Below are positions 26,301 through 34,535 of a stretch of DNA of 64,000 nucleotides, piece after piece. The notes under the pieces are model-generated. The model saw nothing but the letters and a program-made list of their open reading frames with translations, had not been told where the DNA came from and did no database searches. Location of the stretch: the NCBI RefSeq assembly GCF_964355755.1, contig NC_092675.1, positions 9,295,812-9,359,811 of the forward strand, read 5' to 3'. Both the position numbers and the translations under genes were made by a program. This DNA comes from Antedon mediterranea (lineage: Eukaryota; Animalia; Echinodermata). Positions within the stretch are counted from its first letter, which is position 1; each line of letters opens with the position of its first letter.

Positions 26301-26418
26301 CAAAATCTAATACTTTGTCATTTGCGTTGACTGCTAAATGTTTGTGCAAATAATTTCTGTAGCCAGCTTCCATAATTCCTCTATTTTCAGAATAAATACT
26401 AGCTTCTGAAGAATTCAT
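8381..26418 (-). CDS. Class I SAM-dependent methyltransferase, juvenile-hormone-acid O-methyltransferase-like, 4 exons, ~268 aa
   Basis: Exons 26418-26244, 9586-9261, 9147-9009, 8547-8381 all have GT/AG boundaries with matching phases (807 nt). The joined protein reads MNSSEA..KVLDFGCGTGD (motif I)..KLVIG|FDISTEMIDVA (motif II acidic residue spans intron 1)..FSKIVSVYVLHWVKD..LSKGGE. Intron 1 is 16,657 bp. Confidence 0.88.
9850..11363 (+). mobile_element. Non-autonomous Helentron/DINE-1-type (HINE) element
   Basis: Subterminal inverted repeats TAGGTGATCATTTT (9856) / AAAATGATCACCTA (11318), a short 5' inverted copy, and a 3' hairpin AATTCGTC-AAAGT-GACGAATT followed by TTCTAGTT, all in T-rich flanks. 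The same 3' hairpin recurs at ~32398. Confidence 0.7.
12122..12845 (-). repeat. 3' LTR (724 bp)
   Basis: Direct repeat of 18681-19404; I see one substitution (GAACGAGCACC vs GAACGACCACC). Confidence 0.97.
12997..18654 (-). CDS. BEL/Pao gag-pol polyprotein, 1885 aa
   Basis: Gag with three Cys/His knuckles (CHYC..H..C, CWNC..H..C, CKMC..H..H), protease FLDNGS, RT YVDD, RNase H FGDAS...TDS, integrase HHCC + DCFGP..SDNGGN..E, and C-terminal RRRWRQTQYLADVFWRRW. Confidence 0.98.
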   Translation of the reverse strand: MALSDERERKSTIKRQEYATEMKYKALGIAWKNLQRSSEELRNYMNENPPVTEARLRYTKWMTSYEAFILANDQYCNTLNEDALQDHDNDWFCEKTVYAENRKSEAEKWFLSKEVVQPVARKAKTSKSRSSMGSVARRQEELKRLEELKKQSRILKEKQESEKKVKLLEIELEQEKERNALDKEMARSEARQEMLEELEAEEISLSQDLEEEEASSLSGPSSGDDQSSVKQTARIPSVAVSPKVNKVKQPAAKKPEKRVNDAIVEMRKPKLEIKKFNGNCMDFNKFMRQFKTRIESGCTNDDRMAYLEQFTTGEAQQIVIGYSYLEAEVGYPAAMKELKRRYGDPEVIANSYIKKLLSWAPIKANDPKALDEFSVFLMECKAATLCVGSLGVLEFSENIRMTMEKLPQYLHDRWRNVVEVHRNQQRPIRFSDIVDFTQKEAKKLNDPVYGKTPVSRETTELQKNKRSNTTFSVQSSDTAKPKMSCHYCQEQHWLSRCPGFKAKSVDGRRKFVREKKLCWNCFNKGHFASSCPKPSFCKMCAEKHSSFLHPVSPPKGEHTTTQPAENQKAAPPETQAHSLPATSTSLAVAGSYQRIGLSVVPVQVKAEGGKSIISTYAFLDNGSNITFCTEALAQKLGVKGKGVDLNLMTMDGQSVTKSTTISLEVANLYGSSQVKIPRVYTRQSIPVSTNTIASQAEVDRWPHLQGIYIPSITAEIELLIGQDVPEVHQPYEVRAMQNGGPYATRTLFGWVVNGPLSSWQENKTCGFVGNLDEQFRKFCSIEFNDLESDQVTMSQSDIQALTSMEESVTYKDGHYHVAMPWKASPSTLPNNRVLAERRLKTLQARLERSNDTHSKYTEFMETLVDKGYSRKVSEVIDGSIPKWYLPHHPVLHPQKPGKLRVVFDCSAKFHGVCLNDKLNQGPDLTNSLVGVLMRFRSSPVAFCADIEKMFYQVKVKEQDSDFLRYLWWEMGDLKKAPQEYQMLVHLFGGRSSPSCANFALKKTIKDHGKDYDPIITQIADRHFYVDDLLYATDDEQCAIDIAIQVKQLLARGGFNLTKWVSNSRKLVSTLRDKGDSNSVSLCGGNQQRALGVRWFVSEDSLGYTISPTTKPATRRGILSVVSSVFDPLGLVSPFILKAKLLMQELCRLGYDWDSTISIEYETRWQQWLFDLKKLETIRIRRCYKSAEFGTVVRRELHSFGDASSTSYGAASYLYQKDESGNVNRTLVAAKSRLAPLKAQTIPRLELQAALLAARLDTMIREELKEIKIDQSVCWTDSTCVLRYLSNDETRFKTYVGNRVSAILSRTNKDQWRFLNSAENPADLASRGMTAEEMMTSEMWYCGPKFLTQNDSKWPEMPDDLALRMNDPEVKGVTALVVAEINTTLDEITSQFSSWKTLSRVTGWVLRFTNNLKNVKHKKTTVQKRTSNQVVEPLSVDELKEAELVLIRRAQKRSYPEEFRSLETGKTIKSTSPLIRLDPKLENGVLKVGGRLSMADVSGDLKHQIILPRSSDLTILILRHYHNCTGHSGVNHVLSELRQIYWPVGGRTMIKGISRKCVQCRRRNAPTAHQKMADLPAERVTPAHPPFTFVGIDCFGPFKVKNARSVLKRYGVIFTCLSIRAVHLEVASSLDTNSFLNAYRRFVARRGVPKHIRSDNGGNFIMGQKELRSAINDWNQGQIHQYLSQNHVEWKFNPPAASHQGGVWERCIRTVRKVLSSLMEEQTINDETLQMLFCEVETIVNGRPITKVSDDPKDNEALTPNHLLLLRAGPSLPPGRFVADDCYVRRRWRQTQYLADVFWRRWLREYLPALQERQKWCKKQQNVAIGDIVLVHDPSVPRCSWPLAQVIEVLQNDSDGMVRSVRLKTSVGTLVRPITKIILLEVNGND
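18681..19404 (-). repeat. 5' LTR (724 bp)
   Basis: Direct repeat of 12122-12845. Confidence 0.97.
19579..19975 (+). repeat. Left copy of ~75-bp degenerate direct repeat (split by a SINE); right copy at 25949-26020
   Basis: AATCGGAAATCATCCAAGCGTTTCAGG..CTGATCCTTTGATCTGGCCAAGC[SINE]TAGCTCAGAGTCCTGTTC aligns with AATCGAAAATCATCAAGCGTTTTAGG..CTGATCATTTGATCTGACCGAGCTCAGCGTCCTGTTC. Confidence 0.8.
19639..19956 (+). mobile_element. tRNA-derived SINE
   Basis: A box TGGCCGAGCGG, B box GGTTCGAGGCTC, A-rich (AAAC)n tail, CAAGC duplicated at both ends. Diverged copies at ~43106 (+) and ~44330-44587 (-). Confidence 0.88.
20520..25787 (+). CDS. Protein kinase (tyrosine-kinase-like catalytic loop, non-RD), 2 exons, ~419 aa, nested antisense in the methyltransferase intron
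   Basis: Exon 2 24548-25787 is open from the TTACAG acceptor and carries LGSGSYG, VAVK, E(alphaC), HNDLASRN, DFG, APE, DVYALG and RP. The candidate exon 1 20520-20539 (ATG TCC ACA ACC ATT ACA AG|GTGAG) has the matching phase 2. AATAAA follows at ~25820. The kinase exon is near certain; exon 1 is less so. Confidence 0.85.
20638..24396. mobile_element. AcademX-type DNA transposon derivative, near-palindromic, 3-bp TSD ATA
   Basis: Termini 5'-TAG...CTA-3' with ATA on both sides (20635-37, 24397-99). Broken ORFs carry XPG/FEN1-like motifs (EEA.TKVILHA, LIGFHAFTGNDYNSAF.RKGK). TAG termini, a 3-4-bp TSD and an XPG domain are the described Academ hallmarks. Confidence 0.85.
22260..23700 (+). pseudogene. 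Frameshifted C-terminal (XPG-nuclease) part of an Academ transposase; inverted duplicate at 21288-22257
   Basis: ORF fragments 22485-22943, 23163-23513 and 23434-23700, mirrored by 21543-21779 and 21288-21515 on the minus strand. Confidence 0.8.
25949..26020 (+). repeat. Right copy of the direct repeat bracketing the kinase gene
   Basis: See 19579-19975; roughly 80% identical by eye. Confidence 0.8.
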
Positions 26419-26799
26419 CTTGAAGGATTTACTGACGTCGTATCTATAAGTGACGCAATTAATAATATCTCTAACATAAAAGCTACTAGTTGTAATAATA
26501 GTAGTAATACCAACAATCTGACACTCGCCTTGCCAAGATAAGAACTCTAATCGTATTTTGATCTTATGCCTGGCTGCGACAAACATCAACAGTACTGTGC
26601 TATGTAATGTAGCCTACATATTCTCCGCGGTGTCAAAAAGGTTAGAGGCCGTGAAACTGATTGTGTCGCAGCCCAGCATCTTGTTGTAAGATTGCCTTGG
26701 TAGTACACAAACAAACGATGATGCAAATAAGAAAAAAAAAAAGAAAAGAAGAACGGAACTGATACCTGATATTTTCAGGCCGCACTTTATATTTTTAAT

Positions 26800-26809
26800 T
26801 ATATATATT

Positions 26810-26850
<41 letters not shown>
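26800..26850. repeat. (TA)n microsatellite
   Basis: Read directly; it abuts the tRNA-like cassette. Confidence 0.95.
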
Positions 26851-26853
<3 letters not shown>

Positions 26854-26960
26854 ACAAGAGGCAAAGAACATTAATTCTAAACCGCCCGGTGATATACTGA
26901 AATTTAATTAATTAATTTGAAACGATAAAGATTAGGAAATCTGTGAGAATGAGAAAAAGT

Positions 26961-27032
26961 CGCCCCAACCGAGACTCGAACTCGGACTGCCTGCTTGATA
27001 TGCAGATGTTCTAACCATTAGACCACTGGGGC
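26961..27032 (-). tRNA. tRNA-like sequence, anticodon ATC (Asp-like, non-standard); probably repeat-borne rather than a translational tRNA
   Basis: Reverse complement is GCCCCAGTGGTCTAATGGTTAGAACATCTGCATATCAAGCAGGCAGTCCGAGTTCGAGTCTCGGTTGGGGCG. It forms a full cloverleaf with A/B boxes and is followed by TTTTT. Confidence 0.65.
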
Positions 27033-27371
27033 TTTCATGGTATTGTTCGAACTCGATTGGATAACGACTCTTTAACATTCTCGGCGTGGTACGGCGGAAC
27101 AGCACTAGATATCGTTTCAAATTAATTAATTAAATTTCAGTATATTACCGGGCGGTTTAGAATTAATGTTCTTTGCCTGATTTGTTTATATATTATAAAA
27201 GTATCTCTTCGGAGATCCCGCCTCGTGAATAAAAATACTGTAAGATGAGGGCGTATCAATTTGATCTCTGGTGCGCGTGCGTACAACTGAGGACTAGTGC
27301 TGTTCCGCCGTACCACGCCGAGAGAATGTTAAAGAGTCCCTATCCAATCGAGTTTGAACAATACCATGAAA

Positions 27372-27443
27372 GCCCCAGTGGTCTAATGGTTAGGACATCT
27401 GCATATCAAGCAGGCGGTCCGAGTTCGAGTCTCGGTTGGGGCG
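27372..27443 (+). tRNA. tRNA-like sequence, anticodon ATC (Asp-like, non-standard), inverted copy of 26961-27032
   Basis: Acceptor GCCCCAG/TTGGGGC, D stem GTC/GAC, anticodon stem TCTGC/GCAGG with loop ATATCAA, T arm CCGAG-TTCGAGT-CTCGG, then the ACTTTTT Pol III terminator. Confidence 0.7.
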
Positions 27444-27641
27444 ACTTTTTCTCATTCTCACAGATTTCCTCATCTTTATCGTTTCAAATTAATTAATTAA
27501 ATTTCAGTATAATACCGGGCGGTTTAGAATTAATGTTCTTTGCCTGATTTGTTTATATATATTGTTATATTTCTTTTATTTCTGTCCACCCAGGCAGTAC
27601 TTGCCAACTCATATGCTATGACTTTATCCAAATTCCCTCAC

Positions 27642-27685
27642 TTGCACTGATGAAAGGCTAGTGTGTTGCCCGAAAGCTCTGCTAA
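27642..27685 (+). ncRNA. Minimal type I hammerhead ribozyme (Penelope-associated type)
   Basis: TTGCA-CTGATGA-(A)AGGC..GCCC-GAAA-GCTC-TGCTAA. It has the conserved CUGAUGA and GAAA cores, stem II GGC/GCC, palindromic AGCT stem III and stem I GCA/TGC. It lies within 67-bp inverted repeats 27545-27611 / 27734-27800. Confidence 0.8.
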
Positions 27686-27952
27686 CTTTTCTGGCTGTTT
27701 ACTTTATCGTTTTGATTTAGCTTTTCGCTTGAGTGAGTTGGCAAGTACTGCCTGGGTGGACAGGAATAAAAGAAATATAACAATACATATAAACAAATCA
27801 ACAGCGTGTTGAATAGTGGGTGGAGACTGAATAAGAATAGAAAACAAAGAAGGTAGCTTGGTAGAGATATAAACAATTTTGGAATGGAACTAAAAAAAGC
27901 TAAAATGGTGGTTAATATTGAAACTTAAATTTTGGTAGTCAATGGAATAATT

Positions 27953-29771
27953 TTACCGATCTGGGAGTATGTTCCTAATGTTAAGTCCAAAAGGTTTTGT
28001 GGTTTTAAGTAGTAATTCCCAGTGGTTTTCTTTGTCTTTGCGAGTTTTGTCGCTCCATTTGACATCGTGGTCTATTGCAATAACTCTGAAATTTGCAATC
28101 GAGTGACCAGCTGAATTAAAATGTTCGGCTACAGGTTGATCAAGCTTTAATGTTTTGATAGCTGATCTATGTTGTGTCATTCTCATACGGAGAGTGTTTT
28201 TTGTTTCTCCGACTGTTTGCCACAAATATTACAGTATATGAGATAAATGACGTTTTTGGTTAGACAATTAATTGATTGTCTTATCCGAAAAATGCGGCCA
28301 GTTTGGTTACTCTCAAATTTTTCAGTAGAATCAACCAATGAATAAGTTTTGCAAGATTTGCCGCAAAGGTGACTGCCCAAATTTTGGCTGTCATGAGAGT
28401 TAATTTCACTCTTAAATTTGGATCTGACTAATATATCACGAAGGTTGGGAGGTCTACAAAATGCAATAATGGGTGGTTCCGGAAAAACAGTCCTGAGACG
28501 TTCTGTGGACTGTAGAATGGGCATGTTTCTCAATAATAGCCCGTAATGGAGGCGGCAACCTAGGGTGGTAGGTTGTGACCAATGGCACTCTGGTCGGTTT
28601 TTTTTTGGCTGAAGTGGTTTGTACGTTAGTGTTTGACATCGAGGAATATCTTTTGCTTTCTTTATAGCAGTTTCGATGTATTCCTTCTTGTAATTTCTAT
28701 TCCGGAGATGTCCGGTTAGTTCTTCGGTACGATTCTGAAAATCTAAATCTGAAGAACAGATACGTCTGTTACGTAATGCTTGACTGTACGGTATGTTTTT
28801 AGTACAGTGTCGGGGGTGACAACTGATAGGGAGCAGGTACATATTTTTATCCGTGGGTTTACGGAATAGGTCAGTTTTGAGTGTACCATTTTCTATGGTC
28901 ACTATAGTATCCAAAAAATCAACACTGCTAGTGGATTTGGTAGGTGTAAATTCGATAGTTGGGTGGGCTGAATTAATATTGAGAAGAAAAGATTCCAAAT
29001 TATCTTCACCATGGGTCCAGATCATGAAGATGTCGTCAATGTATCTAAACCAAACATAAATTTGCAAAAGATGGCGCCATTTTTGTGCCCATCGCTGTGC
29101 CATGAATTTGAAGGTAATGGTCATTTCCAAAAATAAAATTGTTGTTGGTTAAAATCAACATGACCAGTTCTCGTAAAATGAGCTTTAGTAGGCGTTTTGC
29201 CTGGAATTTGTATGTAATTTAAAATACATGCGTCGGCTCCTTCTTCGTGAGGGATATTAGTATACAATGATGAAACATCTAATGTAGCCAGAACAGAATT
29301 ATTAGGTAAATTTTGAATTTGGTTAATTTTGCGGATAAAGTCCGTGGAGTCCTGAATGTATGAAGCGAGATCAGTCACTGGTCTAAGTAAATCATCCACA
29401 TATTCAGAAATTTTCTCTGTAGCAGTGCCATTGCCCGAAATAATGGGTCTATCAGGATTGCCTGCTTTGTGGATTTTAGGTAGGAAATAAAATCTGCCTG
29501 GAACTGGATTGACCTGTGCCAAATGAGGTCCAATCTTAGGATCGATGGAGTGTTTTTTTACCATCACAGAAACAGATTCGGCCACCTTATCCGCAATTTC
29601 CGGGGTGGGATCCGTTGTAAGTTTACGATAATGAAGAGGATTATTTAGCTGTCTTAAGGACTCCTCTTCATAAAATTTGATGTCCATGGCAACAGTGGCA
29701 GAACCTTTATCAGCGGGTTTAATGACGCAATTTGGCAATGGCCTGCCTCTCTTGTTTTGAGAGATTGTCAC
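27953..29771 (-). mobile_element. Penelope-like element (RT + GIY-YIG endonuclease, Neptune-like), 5'-truncated and frameshifted
   Basis: [55 protein letters not shown], Cys linker CGKSCKT, NVIYLIYCNICGKQ / VGETK..RMTQH...HF...E..W..L.T..P.GLN, spread over three frames. Confidence 0.93.
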
Positions 29772-31075
29772 GTTTATCTGGACTAAATTAAATATAGTTA
29801 TAGGCCCATTCTATAATGCCACTTATAGCATATTTTTCACATTAATCAAACGGAAAATGTTTTACTATTGGGCTATTCGGGAATTCAATAAAATTTAACA
29901 GTTTAGGAATAGTACTAAGTACTTAGTAGTAAATAAATAACACAATTATAAAATGCGCATACATTATTAAGACATCGCTCCCTGTCTGCGACGTTATACC
30001 GTAACCGGCACGTTTGGCGCGCCATATACAAGGTATGAGGTTCTCGTCGACAGCCGAAATGGACCTAAGCCCAAGCCTAGTAAAATATCGTCTCGCTTCA
30101 CTTCACTTCCGTTTTATTTAATTCAGTGCAGTGCATGGATTAAAGAATAGATAATCCATGGTCAGTGTTGATTCGATTGTATAGGCCTAACTACTACACA
30201 TCGTTGTATAGATTGGGATTTTGACAGAGGAATTACATTTGAATGCTAATATGTTTCCTTTATCTTCCTTGTGAATTGGTTACGTTCAGAGAGGAAGGCA
30301 ATACTTTTCTACAATAAGTAATACTCTTCTACAATAAGTAATACTCTATCCACCGAAGCCACCTACCTGTTAAATTAAATCGGTTCAAAGGTGGTACAGA
30401 TGACTTGGTTTATCTGTGTGTGTGTGGGTGGCTGCAGTAAAATACAGGTCGTATTGGCGGATCAATTTTGGCCACCAAAACAGGTCCAGACTCTGTTATA
30501 TGTTGCGCAAAATTGGTCATAATATATATTATTTAAAAACTGCCAACAAAAATACAGTAGATGGGTTGGCTATAGACTTTTCGCACTAAAAATCACCAAC
30601 ATTTTGTCTTCATTTTCTAGGGAAAAAAAGTCTGACGATTTTTATAGCAAAATTTTTCCTATTCTGTTTGCAACACCATTTTAAGAGAACGATTAGATAC
30701 ATGATTTATGTTACACATTTTATATTTATGTAGATGTAGGCCTACCTATCAGCGTTGCCAGCGATAAAATTTAAATTATGCCGTATCCTGTCTCAAATAA
30801 TGCCAGATTGGGAAAAAAAATGCCAGATCCCCAAAATGTGGCCCTAAACAGCGCCACCAACGGTTTTATGTCTAATAAACGTTTGTAAAACCCCAACTGA
30901 CACAAAATAGGGCCTAAAATTGTATCCCCATGTCGTACAAAATTTATATTTTTAGTTTTGTGAGTAATAACTAATAATTCTAAATATCTGGGGTGCGAAA
31001 ATGGTAATTGCAAATGACACCAACACCAACCCCCACCCCCCTACCCCACCCAAAAAAAAAAAACCTGTTACACAG

Positions 31076-32754
31076 GGTTCTAGGACACCTACCCCCTAGA
31101 CAGTTACCCCCCGGATGTTTACCACCCGGACAACTACCCCCTTAGGACAACTACCCCCCCGGACAACTACCCCCTTAGGACAACTACCCCCTTAGGATAA
31201 CAACCCCCCCGGACAACTACCCCCCGGACAACCACCCCCTTAGGACAACTACCCCCTTAGGATAACTACCCCCCGGGTAACTATTCCCCGGTCAACTACC
31301 CCCCCCCCTCCATCCAAAAGTAGACAAATATATAGGACCGGTTTCTGTAAAAATGAAATCATCTGTTTTTAACGGTGTTTCGAAACTAGAGACCCGAGAC
31401 CAGAGACCTGACACGAGACCCAATACGAAAAGGGAGACCTATATTTGGGTCTCCCTTTTCGTATATTAGGGTCTCCCTTTTCGTATAGTGTGGTCTCTCT
31501 TTTCGTATAGTGGGGTCTCCCTTTTCTTATAGTGGGTCTCCCTTTTCTTATAGTGGGTCTCCCTTTTCGTATATTTGGGTCTCCCATTTTGTATATTTGG
31601 GTCTCCCTTTCGTATAATTGGGTCTCCCTTTTCGTATATTTAGGTCTCCCTTTTCGTATATTAGGGTCTCCCTTTTCGTATAGTGGGGTCTCCCTTTTCG
31701 TATAGTGGGGTCTCCCTTTTCGTATAGTGGGGTCTCCCTTTTCGTACGTGGGTCTCCCTTTTCGTATATTTAGGTCTCCCTTTTCGTATTGGGTCTCGGG
31801 TCTCTGGTCTCTGGTCTCGGGTCTCTAGTTTCGAAACACCCGTTTTTAACCGATTATTCTGTTTAACAGCACGCTAGAACCTAGATGTGCTAGATTTAAA
31901 GTACCGTATTTATTGAAAAAACGGCCTGGGCTGTTTATTGTTTAGGTGGTTTTTAGGTGGACATTTATTGGAAGAAAGTTGTTTATTCAATGGGAGGGGG
32001 TATAATCTAATGGAAATAGACGCCGATTATTCCATATGATGTTTCATGGGAGTGACATGGTCACCGTTTATTTCAGGGGAATTTATTTAAAGATCGACGT
32101 TTATTCGGTGAGTGAACATTGAGGTCAAATATCAAAAGTGATATTATTCTTCAAGTGTACAAAAATACATATATGACAAATTTGAGACAAAAATTAATTC
32201 TTTTAAGACCAGTGGTTATCGAAGCATTGTCCTGACGCAAAAATTATTATTATTATTAGCGAACCCAGTCTTTACAGTAAATACAGGGAGTACTATATAA
32301 TACGTTCGACTATCCTATGATCATGTGTGACAATCTTCAGTTTATACCAGGCTATATTTATGTTCAATCTTTTACTTTTGTTTACAATAATGAATAGTAA
32401 TTCGTCAAAGTAACGAATTAAAATATAGTTATTAATTCCTATTATACACTGTTGCAGAGTCAGGTTGTTGAATGGTCTGGGTGGTTAGGGTGTTCTAAAG
32501 GGATAGTTTTCTGGGTGGTAATTGTCCGGGGGTAATTGTTCCTAGGGGGTAATTGTCCGGGGGGTAGTTGTCCTAAGGGGGTTGTTGTCCTAAGGGGGTA
32601 GTTGTCCGGGGGGGTATTTGTCCGGGGGGGTATTTGTCCGGGGGTAGTTGTCCTAAAGGGGTAGTTGTCCTAAGGGGGTAGTGGTCCAGGTGGTGGTTGT
32701 CCGGGGGTTAGTTGTCCGGGGGATAAATGTCCAGGGGATGAATATCCGGATACG
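31076..32754. mobile_element. Mutator-like non-autonomous element with inverted subterminal GGACAACTACCCC arrays
   Basis: Arrays at 31081-31310 and inverted at 32500-32750. 9-bp flanks GTTACACAG / GTTACGCAG. Confidence 0.7.
31374..31841. mobile_element. Mutator-like MITE with internal ~22-bp tandem repeat
   Basis: TIR GGTGTTTCGAAACTAGAGACCCGAGACCAGAGACC and 9-bp TSD GTTTTTAAC. A related end occurs at 50050-50218. Confidence 0.85.
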
Positions 32755-32769
32755 GTTACGCAGCCATGG

Positions 32770-33930
32770 AAATTTATAATTTTTGAACTGAAATATGAGA
32801 GCTGCTCGATGGCCGGGATCTTTGCACTTAATTTCAAATATGAAAAGATCTTAGCCCACCATAATTAGAAAATAGCAATTATAATTTAAAATAGGAAATA
32901 AAAAAAATTATTTTGAGTGTCTCCAGGACCTCAGCCCCACCATGGTTGATAAGAAAATTTGGACAAATACCTACTCGATGGCCGGAAATGGCACTTAATT
33001 TAAAATATGAAAAAAAAAATATATTTATTAGTGTCTCCATGATCTTAGCCCACCATAGTTCGAAAATGGAAATTATAATTTAAAATAGGAAATCAAAATA
33101 TATATTAATTGTGTCTCCAGGACCTCGACCCCACCATGGTTGGGGCTGAGGTAAGAAAATATGAAAAAAATAGAGCTGCTCAATGGTCGGAAATGGCACT
33201 TAATTTCAAATATAAAATAAAAATATATTTATTAGTACCTCCAGGATCTTAGCCCATGATAGTTTTGAAAGTACCAATTATAATTTAAAATAGGAAATAA
33301 ACAAATATATTAAGTGTTTCCAGGACCTCAGCCCCACCATGGTTGGGGCTGAGGTAAAACAAATTGGAAAAATAGAGCTGTTAGATGGCCGGAAATGGCA
33401 CTTAATTTAAAATATGAAATCAAAATATATTTATTAGTGTCTCCATGATCTTAGCCCACCATAGTTTGAAAATGGCAATTATAATTTAGAATAGGAAATC
33501 AAAATATATATTAATTGTGTCTCCAGGACCTCAACCCCACCATGGTTGGGACTGAGTTAAGAAAATATGAAAAAAATAGAGCTGCTCACTCAATGGCCGG
33601 AAATGGCACTTAATTTCAAATGTGAAATAAAAATATATTTATTAGTACCTCCAGGATCTTAGCCCACGATAGTTTTGAAAGTGCCAATTATAATTTAAAA
33701 TAGGAAATAAAAATATATATTAAGTGTTTCCAGGACCTCAGACCCACCATGGTTGGGGCTGAGGTAAAACAAATTGGAAAAATAGAGCTGCTAGATGGCC
33801 GGAAATTGCACTTAATTTTATAAAAATGTATAAGAGTCCCTAGGACCTCGCCCCATCATGGTCACTGAGAGGTGAAGAACATTTGGAAATATAGGGTTGC
33901 TACGACGATGCAAATGGAACATAATTTGAA
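32770..33930. repeat. Diverged tandem array, ~210-bp dimeric unit, inside the hAT-like element
   Basis: Recurrent ATGGCCGGAAATGGCACTTAATTT, CTCCAGGACCTCAGCCCCACCATGGTTGGGGCTGAGG and GATCTTAGCCCACCATAG. Confidence 0.85.
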
Positions 33931-34535
33931 ATATGGAAAATAAATTCTCTAGAAGAAATTCTTTTTAAAATTAGAGCTTCTAGTTACCGGAAATTGCCAT
34001 TTTAAGGGTTGGGGTAGGGGTGTGGCCACTTATGATTATGAACTGAAAAAACAAAACCCCTTTCATAATGTTTTCGTTCAATCGTCTCTATATCTGGGGA
34101 TCCAATAACCTGCATGGTCTCTGAAATAGAGCAACATAATTGGCCAATAGCTAGCCTCTTCGGATTTGTTGTGCTGCCTATATCGCACACACGGTAGTTT
34201 TCGAGCAGCCTTCCTATCCGAAGAGTCGATGAAGTCAGAAACGAAAGGATGGAAGAACTATTGTACGGAAAACCCGAACAGATCTGTTTTTACGATATGA
34301 TATTGTGTAAGGTGATATGTATTAACAAAATATTTTATTTTTGTTCTGTGGTAATATTATTTTTTTGGATGTTCAAAAAACACAAAATTATGCCAGATTA
34401 TGCTAAAAACGGCTAAATAATGCCGCGGCATTATGCCAGATGCCGTGGGCCTCCAAATAATGCCAAAAAGCATAATAATGCCAGAAATGGCAACTATGCT
34501 ACCTATTAAATAATATACCTGTTGTTGAGGTTTAA

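Larger units (their letters stand above)
30750..34498. mobile_element. Non-autonomous hAT-like transposon (8-bp TSD CTACCTAT) containing nested insertions and a tandem array
   Basis: Ends CAGCGTTGCCA / TGGCAACTATG, ATGCCAG subterminal repeats at both ends, CTACCTAT at 30742-49 and 34499-506. Confidence 0.8.

Noticed and set aside
26419-26589. N-terminal extension of the methyltransferase in the ORF track (117-aa ORF)
   Set aside because: The Met at 26418 gives a typical ~268-aa enzyme with motif I near residue 35; the upstream in-frame stretch looks like promoter/UTR.
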